Assembly (NCBI RefSeq): GCF_018350175.1
Contig: NC_058373.1
Span: 99,822,001-99,886,000, forward strand
Direction: 5' to 3'
Length of the DNA stretch: 64,000 bases
From: Felis catus
Taxonomy: Eukaryota
The position numbers and the translations under genes were made by a program. Under the pieces are notes generated by a model. The model did no database searches, was not told the DNA's origin, and worked only from the letters and a program-made list of their open reading frames with translations. Below are positions 26,141-37,865 of this stretch, one piece after another; the stretch's first letter is position 1, and every line of letters starts with the position of its first letter.

Positions 26141-27227
26141 TGTGGCCACAATAAAACGCTCTTACTGAACAAGCTAAGAGCCTCACGGAGAGAAATCAGA
26201 GTGCATGCAAACATGTTTATGATGCTGGTGCATCTGCTAGAAATCAAAAAGATGTTAATGTTAAGGTAGCACTAGGAGGGAGAGAGAAGACCAAGTTTCC
26301 AGGGTCAAAAGAGGTTTCTGAGAAGAGTGGTATGGAATTGGGGCTGAAAAAGCGAGTGCATAGGATTTCACCTGGCAGAGAGAGTGAAGGCAGTCTTGGT
26401 GGAGGAATGAGTGTGAACAGACATGGAGGCAAATATCAGGTGTACTTGGAGAACGTGACTAAGTAAAGGAGTGTGACAGAGGCATGGAGATCAGCTTTGC
26501 AGAAGCCAGGAGGAGCAACAAGGGTCTGAACCAGCTGATGATAACCGGAGGAAGAAATTTAGGAGACATTAACTGAGGGAAAATGGCAAGAATTTGGTTC
26601 CTCTTTAAAGCTATGTCTAATTCAGCCTTGTTTAGGGGTGCCTCACTTTATTTCTGACACAGAGTGCACTCTGAAGTCATGTTTGCTGAATGAACAAAGG
26701 GAAGAAAATGTCAAAAAAAAAAAAAAAGAACCAAAGGTGGGAGAGGAAGTAGACTAGGTATAAATCATTCAATAAATGCCATCAAAGAACTTTGAATTTT
26801 CATACATGAGTAAATGGTGGATCCGTGAACTTAAAGAAAAGTCCAGAAGATAAACTGGTTTGGAGAGTCGCCAGTCTACCTCACAACGTTCTGGCAAAGG
26901 TAAAAGCGAATGAGGTTAGTAAAACACTTCTGTAGCTCTGAGGTATACATGTTTGCGTTTATTTATTCACTAAACATTCTTGAGTGGTCTTTGTGTTGGG
27001 TATTCATTCAAAAAATATTTCATGAACATCTATGAGCTGTATTATAAAGATGAATAGAACAGAACACATTTCTGAGAAACTCACTGTCTAGTGATTGACA
27101 TAGGAATGGAATACAGTGATAATAGCCAATGTTTATTGGATATTTACTATATTCCAGACAAAAGTATTTTGTGTATTGATTCATTTTATCCTTATTACAA
27201 TCCTGTGAGGTATATGTTATTACTATC

Positions 27228-27759
27228 TGTGGTTAAGTGGAATACTAGCTCCCCTCAAAGATGCCCATATTCCAATCTCTGGAATCTGTGAATATAGTGT
27301 GTTATATGGCAAAAGGGAATTAAGCTGCAGATGGAATTAAGGTCGCTCATTAACTGACACTGAGATAGGGAGAATATCCTGGGTTACCTCGATGAGCCCC
27401 ATGTAATCACAAGGACCTTTAAAAGTGGAAGGGGTGAGAGAAGCAAAGGAAGATAGAGAGTCAGAGATGGAAGCAAGATTGGAGAGATGTCAAATCTCAA
27501 CCTGCGATTGTTGGCCTTTAAGATGGAAGGGGGCTATGAGTCAAGAACACAAGCAGCTTCTAGAAGCTAGAAAAAGCAAAGAAACAGATTATCCCCTAGA
27601 GCTTCCAGAAGGAGGACAGGCCTGCTGACATATTGAAAGCAGGTGTAAAAGACCTGTTTTGGACTTCTGACCTCTAGAAATGTAAGACGATGCATTTTTG
27701 TTGCTTTAAGCCGCTAAGCGTATGGTACTTTGTTATAGCGGTGATAGAAAACTAACACA
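27228..27759 (+). mobile_element. ERVL-MaLR solo LTR (MLT1D-like) inserted in a MIR
   Basis: tgtgg...ggcaaaagggaattaagctgcagatggaattaagg...ttttggacttctgacctctagaa...ttgttatagcggtgatagaaaactaacaca; MIR-like flanks at about 27115-27227 and 27820-27851. Confidence 0.85.
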
Positions 27760-27879
27760 TTACTCGTTTGTTTTTTTTAATTTAAGAAAAAACTTATTCA
27801 TTTATTTTATAAATGTTTATTTTAGAGATAAGGAAATGGAGGCACAGAGAGACTGTTTTATCCAAATTTTGACTACTTG

Positions 27880-28730
27880 ACATTGTTCTTTCTTGAGGGC
27901 TTTCTCATCTCTCTGGCCACTTTTTTCCTGAGGCTCCTTGCAAGTTCCTTTACTTGTAACCAATCTCTAAATGGTTATGTTTTTCAAGGACTTTTCCTAA
28001 ATACCTTTCTCTTCTTGAATTTTTTTCCTCGGTGATCTCACCCATTCCCAGAGTTTTAAATACTGTCTATAATCTGATTATTCTCAACACGATATTTCTA
28101 ACTTTGTCCCCTCCTCTGAGCTCCATGCTAGTCAGCTTGTCATCGGCCAACTTGATGTCTTTGTTCAGGTAGCTTACAAACATTCCGAACCTAACAAATG
28201 TTCAAAACAATCAGTTCCTACCACAAAACGGATCCCCACTCCGATGTTCAGTTACATTTGTCTCAAGTCAGAAAAACGGAGTCAAGCATCATTCTTCTGT
28301 CTCTCCCTCCACCTCCATGGTCACCCCACCAGCAACCCATCCATGTCCTTCTGCCTTCACTACTATGAACCTGGTCCAAACCACCACCATTTCCTACTTC
28401 AGAAACCACAGTAGCTTCTCCATGGCCTCTGTGCATCTGTTTTCTTCACCACCTTCTTAGACAGTAAATCAGATCTTGTCTTGTACCTGTTTAACATGCT
28501 TCAGTGGCTTCCATTCTATGTAGAATAAGATCCAAACTCCTTTTCAGTGACTCCTAGAGCTCTGCACAATCAAGCTCCTGCTTACCTTGCCAACCTCACC
28601 TGCTGCCACTGCCTCTCATTCATTCACCTTTTTCTAACCCCACTCAGCGTCTCTCTGAAGTTAATCTCTTAAATTCTTTCCTGCCTCAAGAGCTTTGTCT
28701 CTGCAGCTTCCTGTTCATGGAGTACAAGTG

Positions 28731-28781
<51 letters not shown>

Positions 28782-29105
28782 TTTGCCTATATATTACCCA
28801 TTCTTCAATTTTCAGATTAAACCCCCCCCCCTTATAACGGACAACACCAAACCATGCTGTCTAAAGCATTTTTACTCTGCCACCCAACCCCTCTCCAACC
28901 TGATTCTGTATCCCAGCTCCCATTTGTTTCCCTTTAACACTTACTGCAACTTGCAGTAATTTGTCATTTTAATTCCTTGGTTTTTTTGCTTCTTGTCTTT
29001 CTTGTATGTTAGTTCTGTAAGGGCAGGAACTGTATCTGCCTTGGTTATCAGTGTAACCCCAGAGCACTATGTCTGACAAATAGTAGATGCTCAATAAATA
29101 TTTAT
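27880..29105 (+). mobile_element. L2 remnant with 3' end
   Basis: ggtgatctcacccattccca...cttcagtggcttccatt...agaataagatccaaactcctt...tagtagatgctcaataaatattt. Confidence 0.7.
28733..28779. repeat. (CA)n microsatellite
   Basis: Directly visible. Confidence 0.97.
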
Positions 29106-30164
29106 AGACTCTCGAGTAAATGTTGTATATACAAAGTTAGTAATGTTTAAAATGGTACTGATACTCTCTACACCATTATCTCTATACCATTATCTATAGC
29201 GTATCTATAATAATGTTCCAACTACTTAAATGGTACATTTGCATTTAAGCCAATTACTGATCACTAGCCAATTGAATTTACATTTTATAATATCTTTTTA
29301 TTCCACTGATTGTAGTTATCTATACATTAAATCAACTATGCATTTAAAAGTAAAATATCGTGTGAAAAAAAATTTTTAATTTTTAAATGTCATGACAAAT
29401 TTTATATATATTATATGTATTACATATATATAATTTTTTCATCTAAAGACTTTGAATCAATTAGCTTTTTTTTTTTTTGCCTTTATGCTTGTAGTAAAAC
29501 CACATGATGCAGATTCAGAGTAAGAAAATATATATTTAGAATAGATCACACCAGCACACACGTATTTTTTCCCAAAGTTAGAGGTGCTAAAGAGAAGAAG
29601 TCTACTTGCCAGATACGGTTTCTAGGAAATCCCCAATGAGATATAAAAGTAGAATATAAATTATTCAAATTATGTGTAGCAAATGACTTATGCTTCTCAA
29701 CTAGGTATTTGGAGATAAGCAACAAGTGATAAAATATAGTAGCAGGCAAATGAAAAAATAAGGTTGATATATTTAACTTTAAGTAAGGCTATATTTGTAG
29801 TAAAGAGCCAACTCCTTTGAAAAATATATGGAATGAGAAAGAAACACCTTCATTCTTCTTCCACTCTTCATTAAAGCAACATATTCCCAATCCCCCAAAG
29901 AGGACCAATGGCGATGCGGGATCTGTAAGTTTGAAGGATAATATTCAATTCAATCAGTAAATTTTTATTTTGAGACTACAGGATGATAGGTGTTTTTGAA
30001 GATAAGCAAGATGAATGAATCACTAGGCCTGACTTTATATAGGTTATAATCTCATTGGAAAAATAAGACAAAATATGTAAAGAGTCAAGCAACAAACACA
30101 TCAGGACCAGAGGTTTAACAAGAAAGTACTAACTAACTACAGATGTCCCTTCAAAGAGATAGAT

Positions 30165-30380
30165 ATAGTGTCAAATTCTGGCTCTAAATCTTCACCAGCT
30201 GTACAACTTTTGTTAAGCTACATGACCTCTGAACCCCTGTCCCTCCTCTGTAAGAAGAGGATTATAGAAGCATACTGTGCCTCATGGGGTCATGATAGGA
30301 CAAAATGAGATCATCTTGGCAGAGTGCATGGCATTGAGCATAGCACAAAGTAAGCGCTCATTAAACATTAGCTATTGTTA
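30165..30380 (+). mobile_element. MIR SINE
   Basis: tcaaattctggctct...acctctgaacccctgtccctcctctgtaa...aagtaagcgctcattaaacattagctatt. Confidence 0.7.
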
Positions 30381-30612
30381 TGACTATTTTAGTCTTTTGT
30401 AAGTTATATGAGAAATTGTTTCTGTAAATGGAAATGGAAAAAGCCTTTGTTGAAAAGTATTATTTGCAGACTGTGTCATTCGTTGTAAAGGATTTATTAC
30501 AAACTTACCCACATTGTTGAGATGAATCCCACTGTAACTTCTGCCAGAAGTTTGCAACTTTGAGGTGTTAATTTCTGGAGTGAAAAGGCTCTTTTCTTAG
30601 ATGGCTTTCTTT

Positions 30613-30815
30613 AAAGAAAAATTTTTTTAATGTTTTTTGAGAGACACAGCATGAGCAGGGGAGGAGAAGAGAGAAAGGGAGACACAGAATCTGAAGCAGG
30701 CTGCAGGCTCTGAGCGGTCAGCACAGAGCCTAATGTGGGGCTCGAACGCATGAACTGCGAGATCATGAGCTGAGCCAAAGTCGGATGCTTTATGGAATGA
30801 GCCATCCAGGCCCCC
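30613..30815 (-). mobile_element. Can-SINE
   Basis: TSD tagatggctttcttt at 30598-30612 and 30816-30830. Confidence 0.95.
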
Positions 30816-30977
30816 TAGATGGCTTTCTTTTAATTAAGTGCTTCCCCAAGCACGAGGTAGAGGAATCTTATTTATGATCACATGGCCTAATATAAAAAGA
30901 TAATTATTCAACAAAAACTTACTTATTTTGAAGGATACAAAATGTCACACACAGTCCTTGCACTTTAAAGATATATA

Positions 30978-31184
30978 GGGGCGCCTCAGTAGCTCAGTCA
31001 CTTAAGCACCCACTCGATTTTGGCTCAGGTCACGATCTCATGATTCCTGGATAGAGTCCCACATTGGCTCCTGCACTGACAGTGAGGCGCCTGCTTGGCG
31101 TTCTCTCTTTCCCTCTCTCTCTGCCCCTCCCCTGTTTGTGTTCTCTTTCTCTCTTTCTCTCTCAAAATAAATAAACATTTAAAA
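30978..31184 (+). mobile_element. Can-SINE
   Basis: ggggcgcctcagtagctcag head; TSD aaagatatatag. Confidence 0.93.
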
Positions 31185-31544
31185 AAGATATATAGATATA
31201 GAGATAAAGATAATCTGTCTGCCATGGAGAGATGTACCAAAATGTATATTATAAATCATTAAAGAAGTACATATCATATATCATTCTGTCTGGGAATTCT
31301 TCCTCTCTCGTGGTTTTAACTACCTCCTTCATTGTGATGACTTCCAAATCCACACCTGGAAACTTAACCTCTCTTCTGAGCCGTTGTACATTCTGGTGAG
31401 GACAGCTAGCTCCATTAAATGGAGCATGCCCAGAACTGCACTCACCATCTTGCTGCCAGGTATTTACTTCTCTCCTTTATTACCAGTCAGACAAGGAACG
31501 CAGAGCCTAAATTCCTCTTTCTTTCTTCCTTCTCCCTAAATACT

Positions 31545-31992
31545 TTTTTATTTTTTAATGTTCATTTATTTTTGAAAGAGAGAGAGTCAGAGAGAGAGCA
31601 GGCAGGGGAGGGGCAGAGAGAGAGGGAGACAGAATCTAAAGCAGGCTCCAGGCTCTGAGCTGTCAGCACAGAGCCCCACGCAGGGCTCGAACTCACAAAC
31701 CTTAAGATCATGACCTGAGCTCGGGTGCTTCGGTGGCTCAGTCGGTTAAGCGTCCAACTTCAACTCAGGTCACGATCTCTCGGTCTGTGAGTTCGAGCCC
31801 CGCGTCCGGCTCTGGGCTGATGGCTCAGAGCCTGGAGCCTGCTTCCGATTCTGTGTCTCCCTCTCTCTCTGCCCCTCCCCTGTTCATGCTCTGTCTCAAA
31901 AATAAATAAACGTTAAAAAAAAAATTAAAAAAAAAAGATCATGACCTGAGCTGAAGTTGGATGCTTAACCCACTGAGCCACCCAGGCGCCCC
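31545..31992 (-). mobile_element. Can-SINE (outer), split by a younger SINE
   Basis: TSD tctccctaaatact at 31531-31544 and 31993-32006. Confidence 0.95.
31722..31934 (+). mobile_element. Young Can-SINE (inner)
   Basis: TSD aagatcatgacctgagct (host-SINE sequence) at 31704-31721 and 31935-31952. Confidence 0.96.
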
Positions 31993-32792
31993 TCTCCCTA
32001 AATACTATTAATCCTTCAGCCCCTGGTTTTGCTTTCTACTTTTTCCTCATATCTATCCCCTCATCTATGCTGCTATCCCCATTATTTCGATTTTGGGCCT
32101 TCCTTTTCTCTCATATATATTAAAGATGGTAAATTGCTCTCTCTCTTTCTGCCCCCCTTCCAATTCCTCCACACCATGCAGAGTCATCTATCTAAAAATT
32201 AATTCTGATCTGTTTAATACCTTTCCCTGTCTCCCTCTGTTTAATGACTCCCCAGTATTGGCAGTATTGGCATTTACTCAGTGATTTGATTTTTACTGAC
32301 TGCTTACTAGGGAATAGACACTGTTACAGGTACTGAGAAAAGAATATTAAAAAAACAGCTAAGCTTCACAACTTCATAACTATATATTCTAAGAGACCCA
32401 CCCCCACCTCAAAAGTAAACAAAGACCAACTATAAGGTCAAGTAGTGACCATCAATACAAAGAAAGATAAAGCAGGGTATGGGGAAAGACTCAGATGAAG
32501 ATCACTGTGTTAGGTATAGTCATTAGAGAAGGTTTTTCTGAAGAGAGAACTCTTAAACAATTTAAAAATCCAGAGAGCAGTGTCTCAGACAAGAGAAACA
32601 GTGAAAATTTCCTGAGCTTGGAAAGCTTGGGGAATAGACAGAAGACCAGTTATGACTGAAACAGGATGTGCAAAGAAGAAAGTGATAGTAATGAAGATGA
32701 ACAGGTAGGCAGGGAACACGGTATAGGGCTTTGTAAACTACGCCAAAGAGCAGGATTTATTCTAAGAATCATAGAATGCCCCTGAAAGGTGC

Positions 32793-33908
32793 TTTTTAAA
32801 GTCAGGTATATATTGAGGTATAATTTATATACCAAAAAAAAAAAATGTATCCTTTTTAGATGTAGCATTCAGTGAGCTTTGACATGTTTTGAGCATGCTG
32901 CCACCACAACAGTCAAGATAAGAATGTTTCTGTCTCTCCAAAAAGTTCTCTTGTGCTCCTTGATAAGCACCCCCTCCATCCTTCACAGTCCCTGTTAACT
33001 GCTGATCTGTTTTTTGTCCCTCTAGTTTTGCCTTTTCTAGAATGTTCTGTAAATGGAATTATATCAGGTGTAGATTTGTGTGCGTGCCTTCTTTCACTTA
33101 GCACAATGCATTTGAGATTCATCACTATCCTTACATGGATCAGTAGCCTATTATATTTTAATGTTGAGTAGGTTTCCATTATGGGAGTACCTGATGGCAT
33201 TTAGATCATTTCCAGTTTGGGGCTGTTACAAATAAAGCTGCTATAAACATCCACATAAAGGTCTTTTTGTGGGTGTATGTTTTCATTTCTCTCGGAGAGA
33301 TAGCTGGGAGTAGGATTGGTAGGGCATACGGTAAGCGTATGTTTAATTTTGTAGGAAGCTGCCAAATTGTTTTCCAATGTGTCTGTGCCATTTTGCATTC
33401 CACCAGCAGTGTATGAGAATGTCAGCTGCTTCATGTCTTTGCCAACTCTTGATACTGTGAGTTTTTATTTTTCATTATCGCCAATTACGTAGGTGTGTAG
33501 TGGCATTCATTGTGACTTGAATTTGCATTTCCCTAATGACATTAAGCATATTTTCATGTGCTTATTTATCATCCGTGTCTCTTACGTGAAGAATGTGTTC
33601 AAATCTTCTCCCCATTTTGTTAATGGATCGTTTGCGTTACCAGATTTCTTCACGGTCTGGATGTCAAGAAACAGATCGGTATTTAGCAAATGTATTCCCC
33701 TAGTCCATGGCTTGTCTTTTCATTTTCTTAACAATGTCTTTCCGATAGAGGAAGCTTCAATTGTGATGAAGTGCATTTTATAAATTTTTATTTGGTCGTT
33801 CATGTTTTTTGTGTCCTGAGAAATCTTTGTTTAACCCGAGGTCACAAAGATTTTCTCCTACGTTTTAAGTTTTATGATTTTAGGTTTTAAATTTGGTCTC
33901 TGACCCAT
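32793..33908 (-). mobile_element. Old LINE-1 3' fragment (L1MB-like)
   Basis: tattgaggtataatttatatac...cattcagtgagctttgaca 3'UTR; degraded ORF2 C-terminus (WMFIAALFVTAPNWK, 33206-33403). Confidence 0.8.
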
Positions 33909-34630
33909 CATTTTAAGTTTTTGATCAGCATTATTATAAAATCTCACATAAAAACGTAACTGTAATATAAAGAACAGACCATAGGATTCCACCCTGTGGA
34001 AGTTCAGAGTGGTAGTGAAGACACTGGTTTAGAAGGAAATTGCAGTAATTCAAATTCAGAGACTTTTTTTTTCAATATATGAAATTTATTGTCAAATTGG
34101 TTTCCATACAACACCCAGTGCTCATCCCAAAAGATGCCCTCCTCAATACTCATCATCCACCCTCCCCTCCCTCCCACCCCCCATTAACCCTCAGTTCTCA
34201 GTTTTTAAGAGTCTCTTATGCTTTGGCTCTCTCCCACTCTAACCTCTTTTTTTATTTTCCTTCCCCTACCCCATGGGTTTCTGATAAGTTTCTCAGGATC
34301 CACATAAGAGTGAAAACATATGGTATCTGTCTTTGTATGGCTTATTTCACCTAGCATAACACTCTCCAGTTCCATCCATGTTGCTACAAAGGGCCATATT
34401 TCATTCTTTCTCATTGCCACGTAGTACTCCATTGTGTATATAAACCAAAATTTCTTTATCCATTCAACAGTTGATGGACATTTAGGCTCTTTCCATAATT
34501 TGGCTATTGTTGAGAGTGCTGCTATAAACTTTGGGGTACAAGTGCCCCTATGCATCAGTAGTCCTGTATCCCTTGGGTAAATTCCTAGCAGTGCTACTGC
34601 TGGGTCATACAGTAGGTCTATTTTTAGTTT

Positions 34631-34863
34631 GTTTTTTTTTTTTTTTTAATTTTTTTTTTCCAACGTTTATTTATTTTTGGGACAGAGAGAGACAGAGCAT
34701 GAACGGGGGAGGGGCAGAGAGAGAGGGAGACACAGAATCGGAAACAGGCTCCAGGCTCTGAGCCATCAGCCCAGAGCCTGACGCGGGACTCGAACTCACG
34801 GACCGCGAGATCATGACCTGACTGAAGTCAGACGCTTAACCAACTGCGCCACCCAGGCGCCCC
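34631..34863 (-). mobile_element. Young Can-SINE inside L1 #1
   Basis: TSD tatttttagttt at 34619-34630 and 34864-34875; CpG-rich. Confidence 0.96.
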
Positions 34864-35665
34864 TATTTTTAGTTTTTTAAGGAACCTCCACACTATTTTC
34901 CAGAGTGGATGCACCAATTTGCATTCCCACCAACAGTGCAAGAGGGTACCCGTTTCTCCACATCCTCTCCAGCATCTATAGTCTCCTGATTTGTTCATTT
35001 TGACCACTCTGACTGGCGTGAAGTGATATCTGAGTGTGGTTTTGATTTGTATTTCCCTGATGAGGAGCGACGTTGAGCATCTTTTCATGTGCCTGTTGGC
35101 CATCCGGATGTCTTCTTTAGAGAAGTGTCTATTCATGTTTTCTTTCCATTTCTTAACTGGATTATTTGTTTTTCAAGTGTGCAGTTTGGTGAGCTCTTTA
35201 TAGATTTTGGATACTAGCCCTTTGTCTGATGTCATTTGCAAATATCTTTTCCCATTCCGTTGGTTGCCTTTTAGTTTTGTTGACTGTTTCTTTTGCTGTG
35301 CAGAAGCTTTTTGTCTTCATGAGGTCCCAGTAGTTCATTTTTGCTTTTAATTCCCTTGCCTTTGGGGATGTGTCAAGTAAGAAATTGCTGCGACTGAGGT
35401 CAGAGAGGTCTTTTCCTGCTTTCTCCTGTAGGGTTTTGATGGTTCCCTGTCTCACATTCAGGTCTTTTATCCATTTTGAGTTTATTTTTGTGAATGGTGT
35501 GAGAAAGTGGTCTAGTTTCAACCTTCTGCATGTTGCTGTCCAGTTCTCCCAGCACCATTTGTTAAAGAGAATGTCTTTTTTCCATTGGATGTTCTTTCCT
35601 GCTTTGTCAAAGATTAGTTGGCCATACATTTGTGGGTCTAGTTCTGGGGTTTCTATTCTATTCCA

Positions 35666-36652
35666 TTAGTCCATGTGTCTGTTTTTGTGCCAATACCATG
35701 CTGTCTTGATGATGACAGCTTTGTAGTAGAGGCTAAAGTCTGGGATTGTGATGCCTCCTGCTTTGGTCTTCTTCTTCAAAATTCCTTTGGCTATTCGGGG
35801 CCTTTTGTGGTTCCATATGAATTTTAGGATTGCTTGTTCTAGTTTCGAGAAGAATGCTGGTGCAATTTTGATTGGGATTGCATTGAATGTGTAGATACCT
35901 TTGGGTAGTATTGACATTTTGACAATATTTATTCTTCTAATCCATGAGCACAGAATGTTTTTCCATTTCTTTATGTCTTCTTCAATTTCCTTCATAAGCT
36001 TTCTATAGTTTTCAGCATACAGATCTTTTACATCTTTGGTTAGATTTATCCCTAGGTATTTTATGCTTCTTGATGCAAGTGTGAATGGGATCAGTTTCTT
36101 TATTTGTCTTTCTGTTGCTTCATTATTAGTGTATAAGAATGCAACTGATTTCTGTACATTGATTTTGTATCCTGCGACTTTGCTGAATTCACGTATCAGT
36201 TCTAGCAGACTTTTGGTGGAGTCTATTGGGTTTTCCATGTATAATGTCATGTCATCTGCAAAAAGTGAAAGCTTAACTTCATCTTTGACAATTTTGATGC
36301 CTTTGATTTCCTTTTGTTGTCTGATTGCTGATGCTAGAACTTCCAGCACTATGTTAAACAACAGCGGTGAGAGTGGGCATCCCTGTCGTGTTCCTGATCT
36401 GAGGGAAAAAGCTCTCAGTTTTTCCCCATTGAGAATGATGTTAGCTGTGGGCTTTTCATAAATGGCTTTTATGATGTTTAAGTATGTTCCTTCTATCCTG
36501 ACTTTCTCGAGCATTTTTATTAAGAAAGGATGCTGAATTTTGTCAAATGCTTTTTCTGCATCGATTGACAGGATCATATGGTTCTTATCTTTTCTTTTAT
36601 TAATGTGATGTGTCACATTGATTGATTTGCGAATGTTGAACCAGCCCTGCAT
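35666..36652 (-). pseudogene. L1 ORF2p reverse-transcriptase domain fragment (328 aa open stretch of a disrupted ORF2)
   Basis: Motifs [50 protein letters not shown]; flanked by frameshifts or stops. Confidence 0.95.
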
Positions 36653-37865
36653 CCCAGGAATGAATCCCCCTTGATCATGGTGAATAATTCTTTTTAATAT
36701 GCCGTTGAATTCGATTTGCTAGTATCTTATTGAGAATTTTTGCATCCATATTCATCAGGGAAATTGGCCTATATTTCTTTTTTTTACTGGGTCTCTGTCT
36801 GGTTTAGGAATCAAAGTAATACTGGCTTCATAGAATGAGTCTGGAAGTTTTCCTTCCCTTTCTGTTTTTTGGAATAGCTTGAGAAGGATAGGTATTATCT
36901 CTTCTTTAAACGTCTGGTAGAACTCCCCTGGGAAGCCATCTGGTCTGGACTCTCATTTGTTGGGAGATTTTTGATAACCGATTCAATTTCTTTGCTGGTT
37001 ATGGGTCTGTTCAAGCTTTCTATTTCCTCCTGATTGAGTTTTGGAAGAGTGTGGGTGTTTAAGAATTTGTCCATTTCTTCCAGGTTGTCCAGTTTGTTGG
37101 CATATAATTTTTCATAGTATTCCCTGATAATTGCTTGTATTTCTGAGGGATTGGTTGTAATAATTCCATTTTCATTCATGATTTTATCTATTTGGGTCAT
37201 CTCCCTTTTCTTTTTGTGAAGCCTGGCTAGAGGTTTATCAATTTTGTTTATTTTTTTCAAAAAACCAACTCTTGGTTTCGTTGATCTGCTCTATAGTTTT
37301 TTTAGATTCTATATTGTTTATTTCTGCTCTGATCTTTATTATTTCTCTTCTTCTGCTGGGTTTAGGCTGTCTTTGCTGTTCTGCTTCTATTTCCTTTAGA
37401 TGTGCTGTTAGATTTTGTATTTGGGATTTTTCTTGTTTCTTGAGATAGGCCTGGAATGCAATGTATTTTCCTCTCAAGACTACCTTCGCTGCCTCCCAAA
37501 GTGTTTGGATTGTTGTATTTTCATTTTCATTTGTTTCCATATATTTTTTAATTTCTTCTCTAATTGCCTGGTTGACCCATTCATTCTTTAGTAGGGTGTT
37601 CTTTAACCTCCATGCTTTTGGAGGTTTTCCAGACTTTTTCCTGTGGTTGATTCCAAGCTTCATAGCATTGTGGTCTGAAAGTATGCATAGACTTTTTTTA
37701 AAGCTGCTGGTAATGAAAGTAGTAAGAGGTAGGCTGAAAGAAGATACACTTTTAAGTTAGAACCAAGAAAATTTGTTAATGAAAGAAGAAAAAATGCTCC
37801 AAAGCTTTTGGACTGAGCAGCTGAGTTAATAGTTGGTATAGTTGTTGAAAGGTTTGCCATTTTCT

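Larger units (their letters stand above)
34071..37688 (-). mobile_element. LINE-1 (young feline L1_Fc-like), 5'-truncated within ORF2; L1 #1
   Basis: Poly(T) and feline L1 3'UTR at the left end; ORF2 pieces 37238-37663, 36895-37260, 35666-36652 (RT), 35198-35629, 34828-35136 (CWRGCGE...HCWWEC), 34205-34555; TSD agacttttttt at 34060-34070 and 37689-37699. Confidence 0.96.
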
